Shown here one piece after another: positions 14,579-28,095 of a stretch of DNA of 64,000 bases. Within the stretch, counting starts at the first letter, position 1. Each line of letters starts with the position of its first letter. The translations under genes were made by a program, and so were the position numbers. Below the pieces are notes generated by a model. It saw only the letters and a program-made list of their open reading frames with translations, ran no database searches and had not been told where the DNA came from. This stretch comes from Tubiluchus corallicola (lineage: Eukaryota > Animalia > Priapulida), in the NCBI GenBank assembly GCA_030141605.1, contig JAQGDQ010000297.1, positions 186,001 through 250,000 of the forward strand, given 5' to 3'.

Positions 14579-16140
14579 ATTTTTCGAAAAAATTATCGTT
14601 GACCACATAAGTTCCTATTTAGAATCCAACAAATTATTTTCTAAACATCAGTTTGGCTTTCGGAAGAAGTACTCAACAATAGATGCAATCATTCATGCGA
14701 CTGAAAACTGGAGAAATAGACTTGACAAAAGCAAATATGTAGCTGCTGCTTTCTTAGATCTCAGCAAGGCTTTCGATAGCCTTGATCATCATTTGTTATT
14801 ACAAAACCTCACTCATATTGGATTTGATTATGGATAGCCTCATAAAAATTACTTGAAAATTATGTGACAAATAGACAACAAAGAGTTAAATTAGTCTAAT
14901 GCACGTATTCAGACTGGTATAGTATAGAAAGGGATGTCCCGCAAGGGACACTGCTCGGCCCCCTCCTGTTTTGTATATATGTAAACAATATAATTGAAGT
15001 ACTACAATTTTCTGATATCACCCAATACGCGGATGACACCACAATTTACGTAAGTTACAGTAAATTATATATAGCAAAATAATATTTAGAGCAAGACATT
15101 GCCAATATTAACACTCTTTTAACTACTTCAATTTAGAAATAAATGAGAGTAAAACAGAATTTATGGTTTTATCTCCATTTACTAATGATACTAACAACAT
15201 AACTTTACAACTAGGAAAAACTGAAATCACACAAACGAAAACAGCCAAATTCCTTGGCATCCATGTAGACAATACTTTATCATGGAATGAACAATTTAAC
15301 AACATTTTTTCTAAAATGTCGGTTAGTACATCTTATTTAAGGCAAGTTCGAGGCCAACTCAGTCAAAACACTAAGACACTAATTTGCAAAGCCCCAATAC
15401 TTCCTCCTTATCTACACTGATGGTTGCAAATTATTTCATAATACAAAAAGGGAGCAATTTATTAAATCAAATCTTTTGCAAAATTATGTCCTCAGATTAA
15501 TATCTGGATATACATTTAAACATCCACTACTTCAAGATTTTCAGCAGCTACGTTAAAGCAACAACCAAAAATTTCAATATTAGAAGCCCACAGCGACTAC
15601 CAAACACTAATATTTCTATATAAATACATAAATAAAATAAATATACCTTTCAGGAATAATGAATTGCGATTTCTTCGAAATCCAACACTACCTAAACTCT
15701 CGTACTGGTAATCTATTGCAAATTAGAACTAACAACAAATACGGAAATAATTCTTTTTCAAAACAAGCTATCTCATTATGGAATACTTTACTGGAAGAAG
15801 TTAAAGATTCAACAACTTTATCTAAAACAAAATTGAAAAAATAAGTTTTAACTAGATTTGTATATTCTGTATACCAAAACGACAATATTTATATGCAGAA
15901 TGATTGCATTTTGCAATCTTGAAAAATGAAAATGTTTTAATGCAAATGTGTATATATTGTAAATATAAAATGATTTATTTAGTATCTGTAAGTTAAAAAT
16001 GTCAATGTTCACTGTGTTTGTAGTGTTAGCTCTGCACCTGAAGTGTTTTTACATTGTTTTTGTGCACTGATGAATGTCATGTGCAAATGTAATTTTTTAT
16101 TAACATTTGTGATGTTCAAAATTTTTATGACAAATAAAGA
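14579..16140 (+). mobile_element. 5'-truncated L2/CR1-group LINE (RT pseudogene + 3' UTR)
   Basis: FEKII..HQFGFRKKYST..AFLDLSKAFDSLDH..VPQGTLLGPLLF..YADDTT..WNTL with frameshifts and stops; AATAAA at about 16133 followed by (TA)n/(TG)n. It abuts a family-A transposon copy. Confidence 0.9.
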
Positions 16141-16204
16141 TTTTATATAATTATATATATATATGTATATATTTATTTGTATTATAAATACATATTAACA
16201 ATAT

Positions 16205-16212
<8 letters not shown>

Positions 16213-16282
<70 letters not shown>

Positions 16283-16285
16283 TGT
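16213..16285. repeat. (TG)n microsatellite
   Basis: Perfect TG run. Confidence 0.97.
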
Positions 16286-17474
16286 GAGGTGTGTGTTGCT
16301 AATTTTGATAGTACATGGCTTGCTTGGCTTGCATTACTGTATGTGTTCTTTCATTTCATCATCTCCTCACCCTGTCACTTAAAATGGTTTGTACCTGACT
16401 GTTGGAGTGCTTCGTTTGTTTATGCAGAAAGTGCAGTACCTGTTCTGGACAGTTGAGATGATAATTTTCATTGGTACAGATGTTCGTTGTTGGTCTGACC
16501 AGTGGGCATGTTCCAGCATACCTGTAGTTAAAGCATTTGTCTGGAAAGGCTAGTTACCTCTGTGATGTAACTTCTTTACCATGGAGAGCTAAGCTAAGTG
16601 TTGTTTTGGCAAAAAAGGAGAGTGTTCCTGTTGTACAGCCTGTCTTTCTCAGTCTCGTTGCTGTTACATGGTTTGAAGAGCTGGTCAAGCCACAGCAGTG
16701 TAATGTTATTCCATGCCAGTCAGCTGTTAGTACGTTGGTGTTGTAGATTACAAGAGGGCTGCTGGAAGCTGTTGGTTAGCTGTCGTCATCTTCATGTTGC
16801 CTGCGTCAGCGTTGTCATTGTAGGAGGATCGTCAAGTTGTGCACAATATCGTCATGAACATTCAGATAAGTTATGCGCATTCATTTTCTTATCGTCGTCT
16901 TTCCTTGGGGGTTTTCACGGCAAGCCATTAGTAGTAATTTTGAACTCTTATTGTTGACTTGTTGTTGTTCTCTTCTCTTTTGTAATAATTATAACTTTAA
17001 ATTTGTTTCATCTTGTTTTGTTTTTAACTAAATGGCCCTAAAAACAGCAGACGAACCCGTAAAAATACATGTAGTATATTTTATTTTCCTGATCATTATA
17101 TAAAAATTAGGAATGCAATAGCCCTTGGAACGTTACTATATATATGTGTGGTTTTGTTAAGAACTTTTACCAGGGCTGTAATCAACGTAGTTCTAACGTT
17201 TTATAACATTATATTAAACTGTATTACACCTGTCTACCTACAGGCAATAGCAATAATAATAAATAAGTACAAAATACGACGTAATTAAAATGTACATCAT
17301 GATGCGTTCCTAACAATGAATGCGTTGCTGTCGTTATTGACAGTTCAATAGTAGTTGTACATAAAAACTTCATCTTATATTAAGATTTTATTCTAACTTT
17401 GTTTAGCAACAATGTAACAATAGTTTCTAATATAACTTTGAATAGCGCACGTAAGATCACTTTGATATACTGTA

Positions 17475-17865
17475 TCACATTTTTTCGGTAATAATGTCAT
17501 AACTAGAGTTCATACAAGGTTTGGAAAATTTATTATCATGAGTATCCTCATTGGGTTTTAACATCATATTGTCTGGCGTATTACAGATCATTGTTCTGTT
17601 GTTGCCTTGTTCAGTGACAGGTCTGGCTTCATGTTTATGTTTGCTTATAAAATGAGGTGTGTGGAGAACGACTTCATACATAAAAGCTGCGAGCAGTCCT
17701 CCAGCGATTGGGCCCAACCAGTAAACCTGTACATAAAAACGTGACAAATACACACAAAATAAATATTAATATTAAATTTGAATAAAAAGTTCAGCGGTTG
17801 ACGTAAAAATTCAGGAGCCAAAAACTAGACTTGTACAGCTTTCAGATGAAGACAAAAAGCATCAT

Positions 17866-17935
<70 letters not shown>

Positions 17936-20900
17936 TCTCTCATCTCTCTCATCTCTCTCATCTCTCTATCTCTTACGATTTACGTGCTGTTCGAATTTGC
18001 AAATAAGGGAGATGAACAATTTCGTGATGACTTTTTATTCAATTCACCACACTGCAATTAGTATTCAAACATCCAGTAGCAGAGCTTACTAAATGAAAAT
18101 AGTTGCAGCAGGTCTGGGAGCTATGTCATCATCAAATGAGGGAATACTGAATAATGTTCGTGTAAGCTTTGCCTTGTTTACGCTAGCATAAGCTCTGCTA
18201 AATGCTGCTTATAATAATGGTTTTCCTAGCCCTACCTTATCTTGTGCAAAAACTGTTTTCAAACAATTTTTAATTTATTTTAGATTTAGATATTTAATTC
18301 ATTTGTATTATAATTTTTGAATGCAAAAGAAACATAAGATAAGTTTTAGCTAACTTCAATAAATAAAAAGCAATGAATATTGTGGAGAGAAGGGAGGAGC
18401 ATAGCTTTCGAGCCCTACATCGAATTAATGAAGACATTAAAATAAATTAAAACGATTATACAGACTTAAATGACATCACAAAGCATACAAGACTTAGTAA
18501 CAATATTAAAAAATACATTAGTATTTATCAGTCGGCAGACAATTATGAAAATGAATAAATCTCTCATTATACAAGATTATGATGTAGAAGTGAAATGAAT
18601 TGCCCTTTCTTTTTATAGAACAAATGTAAGAAATAAATGAAATATCAACTTAAAAATTACGAAGTTAAAGATTTTGCAAGTTCAAATGTTCTTACCCAGT
18701 GTTTTTCCCAACTCCACATTACGAGCGCAGGTCCAAAAGCTCGTACTGGATTCATACTGATTGGCGAAATTGGGTTCTGTAAGTAAGTGACCAAAAATTA
18801 CGGCCAGTAATCAAGTTTGAAAAAACATTAACATAATTTTATTTTTTCAGTTTTTACTATTTTACTATCAAGAAAAAGAATGCTTTTTTCCTCCAATTAG
18901 CTCTCTCTTTCTCCCCCTCTCTCAGTCTCTGTCTCCCTCTCTCTTTTTTATAATTTAATTACTTTTTTCTGTCTTCATTGTTATTGTTTTTGCATTTCAA
19001 TTTTGGTTTTAAACTACCTTGCAAGGTAGCCCACAACCATACTAGAAATTTTCTTATGAAATGTTATATTAAGTGGTTCGGCGTTTCTCAAATGTAAGTC
19101 ATATACATCAGGTCATAATACTCACTGTGCAAAATGGCGCGTTCAGACGTCAGAGACTGCTCTCAGAACTTTTTGCAACGTGTGAACGGCTTGGCGAGTG
19201 TTGCAACAAGTTGTTGAGCCGTTCACGCGCAACAAGTTGCCCAACTGTTCACACGTTACAACTTTACTCTCAGAAAGAAGTTGAGCAACAAGCTGCGAGA
19301 GATGTCTCTAGGTCTGAACGCGCCAGAATATTGTTCGGCTGATGTTGTCAAAGTAACTCAATGTTAGGAATGGCCAACCAAGTATTAAAATCAAAATTCG
19401 TTAAAACCATTGTCTATAGCATGTAAATATACTTACAGTGACCATAACTCCCAGTATGACATTGACACTAACTGCTTGACCTGGACTAAGGGTCATCTGA
19501 ACTTTCGGATCTATGGCAGTGAAGACAGTAAACAGCATGAGAAAGGTAAAAATGATCTCCAAGCCTACAACTGTGTCAGCATTGGACGATTGAGATACTT
19601 TAAGAACAGAGAATTCCACTTTGTCTCCAATCATACTGAAAATGAAATAGTTTGCAGTTCCACTTTGTCTCCAATCATACTGAAAATGAAATAGTTTGCA
19701 GATGCACAATGTGAATGGTAATGCTAGTTGGCACTAGCAATGGGGCATGCAAAATCTAAAATCACGTCATTTACACCAAATAGAGACATTAACAGCAATG
19801 GTAAACAGAGTAAATTAAGTTTCATGTTCTTAAAGAAAAGACCAAACCTTCTGGAAATTTAGGCTTATTTCTATGTTCGCAAAATGTTAGAAGGAAGTAG
19901 TTATAAAACTGCAATAAGCGCCTCGTGTAATTAGAAAAGTCACTTTAAAGTCGCGATCACTTCACGCTTGTGCGTTCTGATTTTGAACGCCCATATTCTT
20001 CTTCCAATGATGTCATTCGCCTTGAAGAAAAGTAGTGCCCTGTTAATCTTCGCCAAAGGTATAACAAGTTTTTACAAAAACACTAGACACCTGATTTTGT
20101 AGCATTTTGCGTGCATATTAGGTAAGTTTTAATTAGTTTAAACAGCTCACACTCACGGAAAGCCATGATGCACTTACGAAAAGTCACGAAGTCCCCCAGT
20201 TACGCCATAATTTTCAAACGAATGGCGGACACCACCGCGCCTGAAAATTTCTATTCAGAGGTAGAATATTTTAGATTTTCTGTAGAATGTTTTTTGTAAA
20301 TTTCTTTGTTATATTCTTCTAAGTTTGAGTGATAACAGTGAAATAAACCCAGCTTACTGAGTGACTTGTTCTTTCCTTTGAATCGAAATTTTTGTTACGA
20401 CATTAAACTTCTGAATATGTGCTTCCACCTGGATGTAGGATTTAGAAGCACGCGTACATTACTGACTGCTTTGCGCTCAAAAGACAAGATATGAAATCTC
20501 CCAAAAACAAACGTTTGCCATCAGCCCCGAAACGCCATATTTGCTGCAAAAATTGATGTTATTTCCTGATTGAACTGGTCACATATTAATATATGGCTTT
20601 CTCAATTACAAAAGCAAAAAAACATTTGCGTTCATAGACATCTGTGAAATTAGGTAAATTAACTATCGTGAGTAAAAACTCATTATTGCAATACAAAAAC
20701 TATTTTTGAGTATTGGTATTGAATGACTGGTCTAGAAGTCCAAGGCCGAATTTTTATCTCAGAGACAATAATCTTATTTCCTTCTGCTCTCTCAACATTG
20801 ACCTTATTTTGTACTAGAAAACTTTAATTTATATTATCTTACCTATATAAAACAGCACTGCCACCAATTCCCCCTACGCACTGTATAAACACGTATGATA

Positions 20901-23900
20901 TGCCTGAAAGAGCAATCAAAACTTCAAGTATCGACAGTCACAGAGAAACACGTAATTATTTGAAGTGAATGCTGAAAAATTACTTTTGAATCAGTGAAAA
21001 TTATAGGCGGGTTAACTGCAAAAAACACACTTTGGGAAAATGTAAACGCAAGTTTTCAAAATTCTTCAAACTGAATGAAAATGCAAAGACAGCAGTCACT
21101 CAAAAAACCTTTTCTGGGCCCTGTCAGCTATTATATTGCCACCAGACAACTTATTTTATTTTTGGAAGCATTTTTGTCGTGCTATCATGATATTTTTCTT
21201 TACATTTGTGCATGCGCCGTAAGAATAAAAAAGCGAGTGTAGTGGTGGTGGTAGTGGTAGTGGTGGTTTTGATCTCCTGTTTTTTTGGTACGGTTTTGGT
21301 TTTAGAATTCTACAGCTGAAATAGTTATTCAGGTATTAGTTATTTCAAGTTAGACACCTAGTATGGCATTAACTTCTAGCGTTTGGATTTTTTTAGAAAA
21401 GAATGAAAACGTCGCACATTGATAGTTTTTATTATTACCCCTAAAAAAACTGCATTTTCTGGCCGCCATTAGAGGAATAGTGACAGCTGGGTTAATGTGG
21501 GCGCCACTGATGTCAGCTACGACGTCAACAAGACTACCCAAAACCAAGCCTGCAACTACAGCTGTAGTGACGTCAATCAGAGGATGACCGTTGTACCCTA
21601 CAAAAAAGGCAAAGCTTAGATATATCCAAAAAGGCTGTGTTACAACTGATAATGTATTTTAAAAACGCCCCGATGTTGTAATATAGAAAAATTAATGTAA
21701 GAAAAATTAACGCACAGTGTAACAATCAATCGACGGAGTAATAAAAATAACCAACGCATAATGTAAGACCCCAAAATGTATTATGTAATAACCCGAAGTT
21801 AACAATATTGTACCACCATCGAAGCGCATAATATAATACCAAAAATTTGAACCGATAAAGTAATGACATTTTATAAAAGCAGGAAGCCAACACAGCACAA
21901 GAACAATGATGAAGGACAAAACCATAGACGAAATGCACAGAAGGCCTTGACATTATGCCAGCTATTCGTTACTCGTTTTCAAAAAAGCAAATACAAATCT
22001 AATTTATGAAACCTAATCTAATACCTACATTCTTGATTCAAATAACGAATCACGAATAATTTTCTACATTTTACCTTTCGATATTTGAATCATAGAAAAT
22101 TTAAAACATACAGAATGACTTAAATGGACCCTTTTATACTTCTCCTCATTCAATTATGAACTCTAAACATTTTTGGGCATAATCGGCAACGCATTTGCGA
22201 AAAGACTTATCTGTCTAGCTTTCATAAGAAGCCCCAAAACGGCCATTTGTGAAAGACATCATATAGATATGTATAAAGTTGCCAAAGCCTAGAATTAATA
22301 TTAGTAAAAGCTAACAGAAGTAGTATAGTGGTAGTTAGTAGCACATGATGACGATGATAGCGCTAGTAACGATGATAGTCCTAATGACGATGATAGTCCT
22401 AATGACGATGATAGTCCTAATAACGATGATAGTCCTAATGACGACGATAGCCCTAATGACGATGATAGTCCTAATAACGACGATAGTCCTAATGACGATG
22501 ATAGTCCTAATGGCGATGATAGTCCTAATGACGATGATAGTCCTAATGGCGATGATAGCCCTAATAACGATGATAGTCCTAATGACGATGATAGTCCTAA
22601 AGACGATGATAGTCCTAATAACGATGATAGTCCTAAAGACGATGATAGTCCTAATAACGATGATAGCCCTAATGACGATGATAGTCCTAATAACGATGAT
22701 AGTCCTAATGACGATGATAGTCCTAATAACGATGATAGTCCTAATGACGATGATAGCCCTAATGACGATGATAGTCCTAATAACGACGATAGTCCTAATG
22801 ACGATGATAGTCCTAATGGCGATGATAGTCCTAATGACGATGATAGTCCTAATGGCGATGATAGCCCTAATAACGATGATAGTCCTAATGACGATGATAG
22901 TCCTAATAACGATGATAGTCCTAATAACGATGATAGTCCTAATAACGATGATAGTCCTAATGACGATGATAGTCCTAATGGCGAGGATATTCCTAATAAC
23001 GATGATAGTGGTGATGATGATGGCGACGCTGGTGGTGATGGTGGTGATTTCGGTGGCAATAACAAGGACGATCGTAATCGTCTAAGCTCCAGGACATGCG
23101 GACAGTGACAAAAAAGTCTAACCTTGGTTAATATTTACGAATATTCGACAATGGAATGGTCCAAATTTGCTTCAGGCCATTTCTGTGGCAGAAAGAAGTT
23201 TAAAAAGGTGCAAATATTTCGTCAAAATTGCATACTACAGACAGTAAACAGTAACCATTTTAACAACTTCTACTCCATTCAATTACAATTGACTTTGTGC
23301 ATTTAAAAAACGTCATCAATGACATCTTGGAGGTATTGTTGCATTTATACCTGCATTTAGGAGGTATTACATTATGCGTTATTTTTTTTATTACATTATC
23401 AATTAAATAAATTACAGTATGCGTTGTTTTTTTCCTTACACTATCGAGTGTTTTTTTACACTATCAATTGTAACAAGGCCGGATAACGTAAAATCTAACA
23501 ACAACACCGGTCAGACAGAAAATTTCTAATCATTTAAATGACCTTTTTGCCCACTACAGGCATTTAAAGAATATGCTTAATCGCTTATAGCCGCTACTTG
23601 TATCAAATAAAACACGAATAGCTCAAAAGCTTTAGAGCAAATATAAGACGCGTTAAAGGCTAAACAAACATTCGTCACAGACTGTTGCATATAGGAATAA
23701 GTCTCTCTTGTTTGAAAATTTAGCTGCACACAAGCTAAGTTCTGTCAACCGCAAAACTGACCAGTCGGTTGGAAATGGATGATTGTAAATAAAGAATTCA
23801 TTAATAGTAAAATCATTTTATTGAAAAAAGATAATGAGAATACATATTACTGAGATATATGAATGAACACATGAATGTTCACTGCAAGATTACATGCAAC

Positions 23901-25564
23901 AAACACTTGTTATAGTAATCTGTGTTTCAAAATAATTAAATAAAGCACATGTTGATTCAAACTGTTTAAGCCAAAAGTTGTAGAATGCTGAATTAGTGAA
24001 ACCATCTGGGTTTATTGTGAAAATTCGATCTAAATGCTGGAGAGAAAAATAAAAAAAATCTCAAATTTGCAACCGACTTTTAATAATAATTGTTACTAGT
24101 TACAGAAGTTAGTTTTATTTCAGCTATTTTAACTAGTCATTTTTCGTTTACGGCTGCAGCTAGTGAGGTCACAATTGCACATACTTGCATGTCAATGCAA
24201 CCACCAAGTCATAGAAATGTGCAAAAAATCCTACACTATACTTCTATAAAAAGGTAGATTTCATGCTGCATTACTAAGTAATTTTGAACCATGTTAGCCG
24301 TACTGCAGATAACAATATTATGGTGGTCTCTATATACAAATACTTTGGATATGTATATAAAATGTTAGACACAAGTCGAATGTTATAATGGTAATGATAC
24401 TTATGGTGGGCTCTGAAATTGTAGATTGAACATGATAAGGTTTACACTGCAGAGAAACTAAATTCTTATTGTTTCTAAGATTTTATCAAAGAAACGTAAA
24501 AATGGCCCTATAAATCGTCAATTCTGTATATTAAAGGCCGTAGTATGATGCAATGTTGTTTTCGTGAATTACTTACCATGTACAAGATCTGTATGTTTTG
24601 CATTTACTGGCTCGTTTTATTGGAAACAAGGACCACTTAACACGTGGCGTTGCACCCTATTCAATATTTTGCCAAAATTCACATAAATATATCCTGCCTC
24701 TAGAAAAAAACACCGGGCGCTCTTTATGGACTGTTCACAAGAGACAGAATTTGATTTTTTGGAACAAACGTTCCGTTTTTAACCGACCACTGTTCTTTGA
24801 TGATGCAGGTGAATTGAGAAACTGCCAAAAAATTTAACCGATTAACGATCACAGATCCATTTTGTTATTATGCTGAAAATTAGCAAAGATTTACAACAAA
24901 ATTGAAGTTACTGATTTTGATCATCAGAAATATTTAATAAAAAAACTATAGCCAATAAGCTGTCAATCTTTACATTCTGGCGAATGAAAGCAAGGCATTA
25001 GGTGTCATCACTACGATCACTACCACAACCACAACATCCACAACCGCCACTATTACAATCATCACTATCAGTACTACAACCACAACCACCACTACCACTA
25101 CTACAACTACCACAACCACCTCTATCACAACCGCAAACGCCACTACCACCACTACCACAATCTTCACTAGCACTACCCCAACCACTACCACTATTCGATG
25201 GTGAAGAAAAGGTTAAACTGGACTGCAATTCTCTTCGGTCCGAAATCGACAATCGAAGAGAAGCGTCATTTTGATCAATTACTTCCCCAAAAGGTACTAC
25301 ACCTGCATTCTTATTAAAATTTGCACGACACTGAGCCATTTTTTACCTATTTGCTCCGAGAATAGGGTTAAAAATAGCTAGGCCTAATAGCTGCAAAACA
25401 CTATTTTACTAGTCTATGAAATGACAACTTCAATTACAAGTCACACCTGCAGCGGTCGCACTTCCAGAGAACACTAATATTCCAATAGAGAAACACTCTG
25501 CGATTATTCCTCTCCAGAAGTTAACATCTTTTAATTCTTCAATAGGTGATTGAAAGTGTGTCAT
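17475..25564 (-). CDS. Aquaporin (MIP family, classical AQP1/AQP4-like architecture), 6 coding exons, 289 aa
   Basis: Exons: 25447-25564 ([34 protein letters not shown]), 21439-21597 ([11 protein letters not shown]), 20843-20903 ([17 protein letters not shown]), 19437-19635 ([15 protein letters not shown]), 18696-18776 ([16 protein letters not shown]), 17475-17726 ([14 protein letters not shown]...stop). All introns are GT-AG with matching phases; total 870 nt. Confidence 0.93.
17868..17972. repeat. (CT)n / (CTCTCTCAT)n microsatellite in the last aquaporin intron
   Basis: Seen directly. Confidence 0.95.
18077..18200. mobile_element. Small TA-flanked MITE-like element
   Basis: 12-bp inverted termini TAGCAGAGCTTA / TAAGCTCTGCTA. 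Confidence 0.45.
19136..19324. mobile_element. PIF/Harbinger-like MITE
   Basis: Perfect 13-bp TIR GGCGCGTTCAGAC / GTCTGAACGCGCC and an internal inverted GTGAACGGCT / AGCCGTTCAC. Confidence 0.7.
19834..20377 (+). mobile_element. Kolobok-like non-autonomous element family B, copy 1
   Basis: Collinear over about 540 bp with 37971-38501; flanks TTAA|AGAAAAG ... CTTTCCT|TTGA. Confidence 0.8.
22345..23010. repeat. 18-bp minisatellite (ATGACGATGATAGTCCTA)n, about 35 copies, in aquaporin intron 1
   Basis: Highly homogeneous units with a few recurrent variants; blocks of variants are themselves duplicated. Confidence 0.97.
25005..25195. repeat. Degenerate (CAC/CAA/TAC)n trinucleotide tract
   Basis: 3-nt periodicity; generates Val-rich and Gly/Cys/Ser-rich ORFs. 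Confidence 0.8.
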
Positions 25565-25825
25565 GTTTACTTCACTTACACTTCAATCTCACCAACGTGA
25601 CACAGTAAAATAAAACAGTCTGCTCCTGATCGAATTTTCTTATGTAAAGAGGAAACTTGTTCTTCGTGCCATAAAATGCCGCGGCAAATGCCCCCAAGGA
25701 CTTGACAACGAAAGAAAATAATAAGCTTATGAGTGATTAGAGTAGCACCTGTAATTTATGCCTCGCGTCTCTCACAATATTTTGCCAAACTCACTAACTA
25801 GCTGTTCAAAGAGCTATATTCCCTT

Positions 25826-25852
25826 ATCATCATCATCATCATCACCATTGTT

Positions 25853-25931
<79 letters not shown>
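25826..25931. repeat. (CAT)n microsatellite upstream of the aquaporin ATG
   Basis: Seen directly. Confidence 0.97.
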
Positions 25932-27139
25932 CGATACAAGAAACGGATTCGTTCACTACGGCCATAGATATGTAATAGCGAATTTATACAAATAAACATA
26001 TCGCTTGTCTAAAAGGGCGTTTTAAAAAAATCCTCAAATATCAGCAAGCAAGCTAGTAAGCAATTTTTGAGGACTGTTTTGGTATTTTTAACGTGGTCAT
26101 CGATATTATGACGACCAGCGGACACTCAACGCAAAATTTCAGTCTAGTGAGAACTGGTCGCTGAGGCCCTCTAGTGAGAAATTCTGCGATTTAACAATTG
26201 GTTAGTGCAACGCGGCAATTACTTCTATGAACTTGAAAATAATAATTAGAGATTGTTGTGCGAACAATTTAAGTGTAAATGCTGCTAAGAATGACGTTGT
26301 TGTGTATTAATCATTAGAAGAAGTGCTTGCAAGTAATGATCGTACAGAGGCTAGTAGTGAAGCAGCTCTCTTCGGATATTCATCTCAGTGAACTCTCAAA
26401 GAATTCTGAAAATTTTTGAATTTTTCATCTATGCGTGTTTTCAAACTTACTGTTTTGATTGTTTAACAAATGTAAAGTATGTAGTAATAAAAGTCCTACA
26501 TGATGAACGTGACACTCCACGTGTTATGTAATACGTGGCTCATCCTGTATTACGTTTTACGCTGATATGGAAGTTTCACGAAAAGTTGAATAACTAATTT
26601 CGCGAGAGGAAATATGTTATAATAATAATAACAACAATATCTTATTGTTATTTTGCTGTTGTTATTGCTGTCGTCGTCGTCGTTGTTGTTGATGCCGTTT
26701 GCCGTAGTTGTTGCTTCAACAAGCATGTACATGTATTGGATTTTATCGTTTTTTCTTTTGTCTAATTTAGTGGTTCTCAATTTTTTTTCAAAAATGGTAC
26801 CCTGAACTTATGTAGTCCTGTTTGTGGCACCTTTCCCTTTTTAACTGTCCCCTTTTAAACTCATCCAGGTTGCCATAGTACCGTCCGAGATTGGAATTTT
26901 TTGATTACTTTACTGCTTTAGTTGTACCCATTTTTTAAGCACTGCCAACAGGAAGATTGAATGATTTTCAGCAATTAATCCTGCAACTAATTAGCCTACT
27001 GTGCCTTTCTTAAACGTTTATTGAAACTTTATTTTTTGACTGTTTTAAAAAGTACCACAGTCTGTTGCTTTTGCTGTTTTATAAGTCTTTCAAAGTAAGA
27101 TTGAGTATTATTAGCAAGAGCAAAGACAAATATATCTTA

Positions 27140-27410
27140 GTTTTGTGAGGGCCAGGGCCAGTATAACGTCAACTTATCACTACAATTACTCTGGCGTAGG
27201 ATTGACTTCATCGACAAGTACTTAACCGTCCGCACAGAATAGGAATGATTTTTTCTTATGGTAATTGATTTGCTTGTTGTGGGAACAGATACTTCACTCG
27301 CACTTCCGGCAAAATTATTGACTAATCTTGTGGCACACCTAGGTAGTAGCAGTGGTACTTCAGGGGAGAGAGCCGGGCATCTTGCTTGAGAAGCACGTGT
27401 ACTAAATCAT
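27140..27410 (-). mobile_element. Possible tRNA-derived SINE remnant
   Basis: The minus strand starts GATGATTTAGTACACGTGCTTCTCAAGCAAGATGCCCGG..CCCCTG, a tRNA-like head with degenerate boxes. Confidence 0.3.
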
Positions 27411-28095
27411 CAATATAAAATATTTCCCCAACATTTGTACAGTAAGCTGTTATAAAAACCAAAAACAATTCAGTTTTTGTTTATTTGCACTTTTAATTAT
27501 CGCAAAAGAATGATCTTTGTGACATCAAATTAGGGACAATCAAATATATATATATATTGCGAATGACCTCTTTCTAATTTACCAACGAAACAAGATAATT
27601 ATAATATCCATGTTGAACAATCTACAACGCAAAACAAAATTTACGTTTACACGGCAACTTTGCTGGATTCCATTTCCCAAGACAAATTTATTTACAAATC
27701 TATTGTTTGTTCTTTCAAAATGTAATAAGCTGATGCACGATCGAAAAAAGTTATTCTACGTATTCAAATGTTTTCTTCAGTTGTGTTTCGCATGAGAACA
27801 GATTATAAAACAATTACATCATAACGTTTAGCATCAAACAAAGAGTGAACGTTTTCAGAATACTTACACTACTGTATCAAGCCTTATTCGATGTTTTTAT
27901 TAAACTGTGATTTTCTATTGACAAGTCACTTATCAAAATAATATTTATAAAGTTCCTTTAGGCCAACACACAATGTTTTTAATTAAAATGATACAAGCCA
28001 TGAAAAATCAAAATGCTAAGCATGGTTAATTCTAGAAAAAATTACAGCTTTTTTCTCAGCGCATTCATCTTGTATGACTTGCATGATAAGCGTTA

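Noticed and set aside
22301-23085. 254-aa (SSLGLS)n and 246-aa (MTMIVL)n ORFs
   Set aside because: Readings of an 18-bp minisatellite with no unique domain.
24998-25339. 113-aa Gly/Cys/Ser-rich ORF resembling a metallothionein or keratin-associated protein, or an aquaporin first exon
   Set aside because: The Cys/Gly part comes from a degenerate trinucleotide tract. The true aquaporin exon 1 is 25447-25564, so this ORF is intronic.
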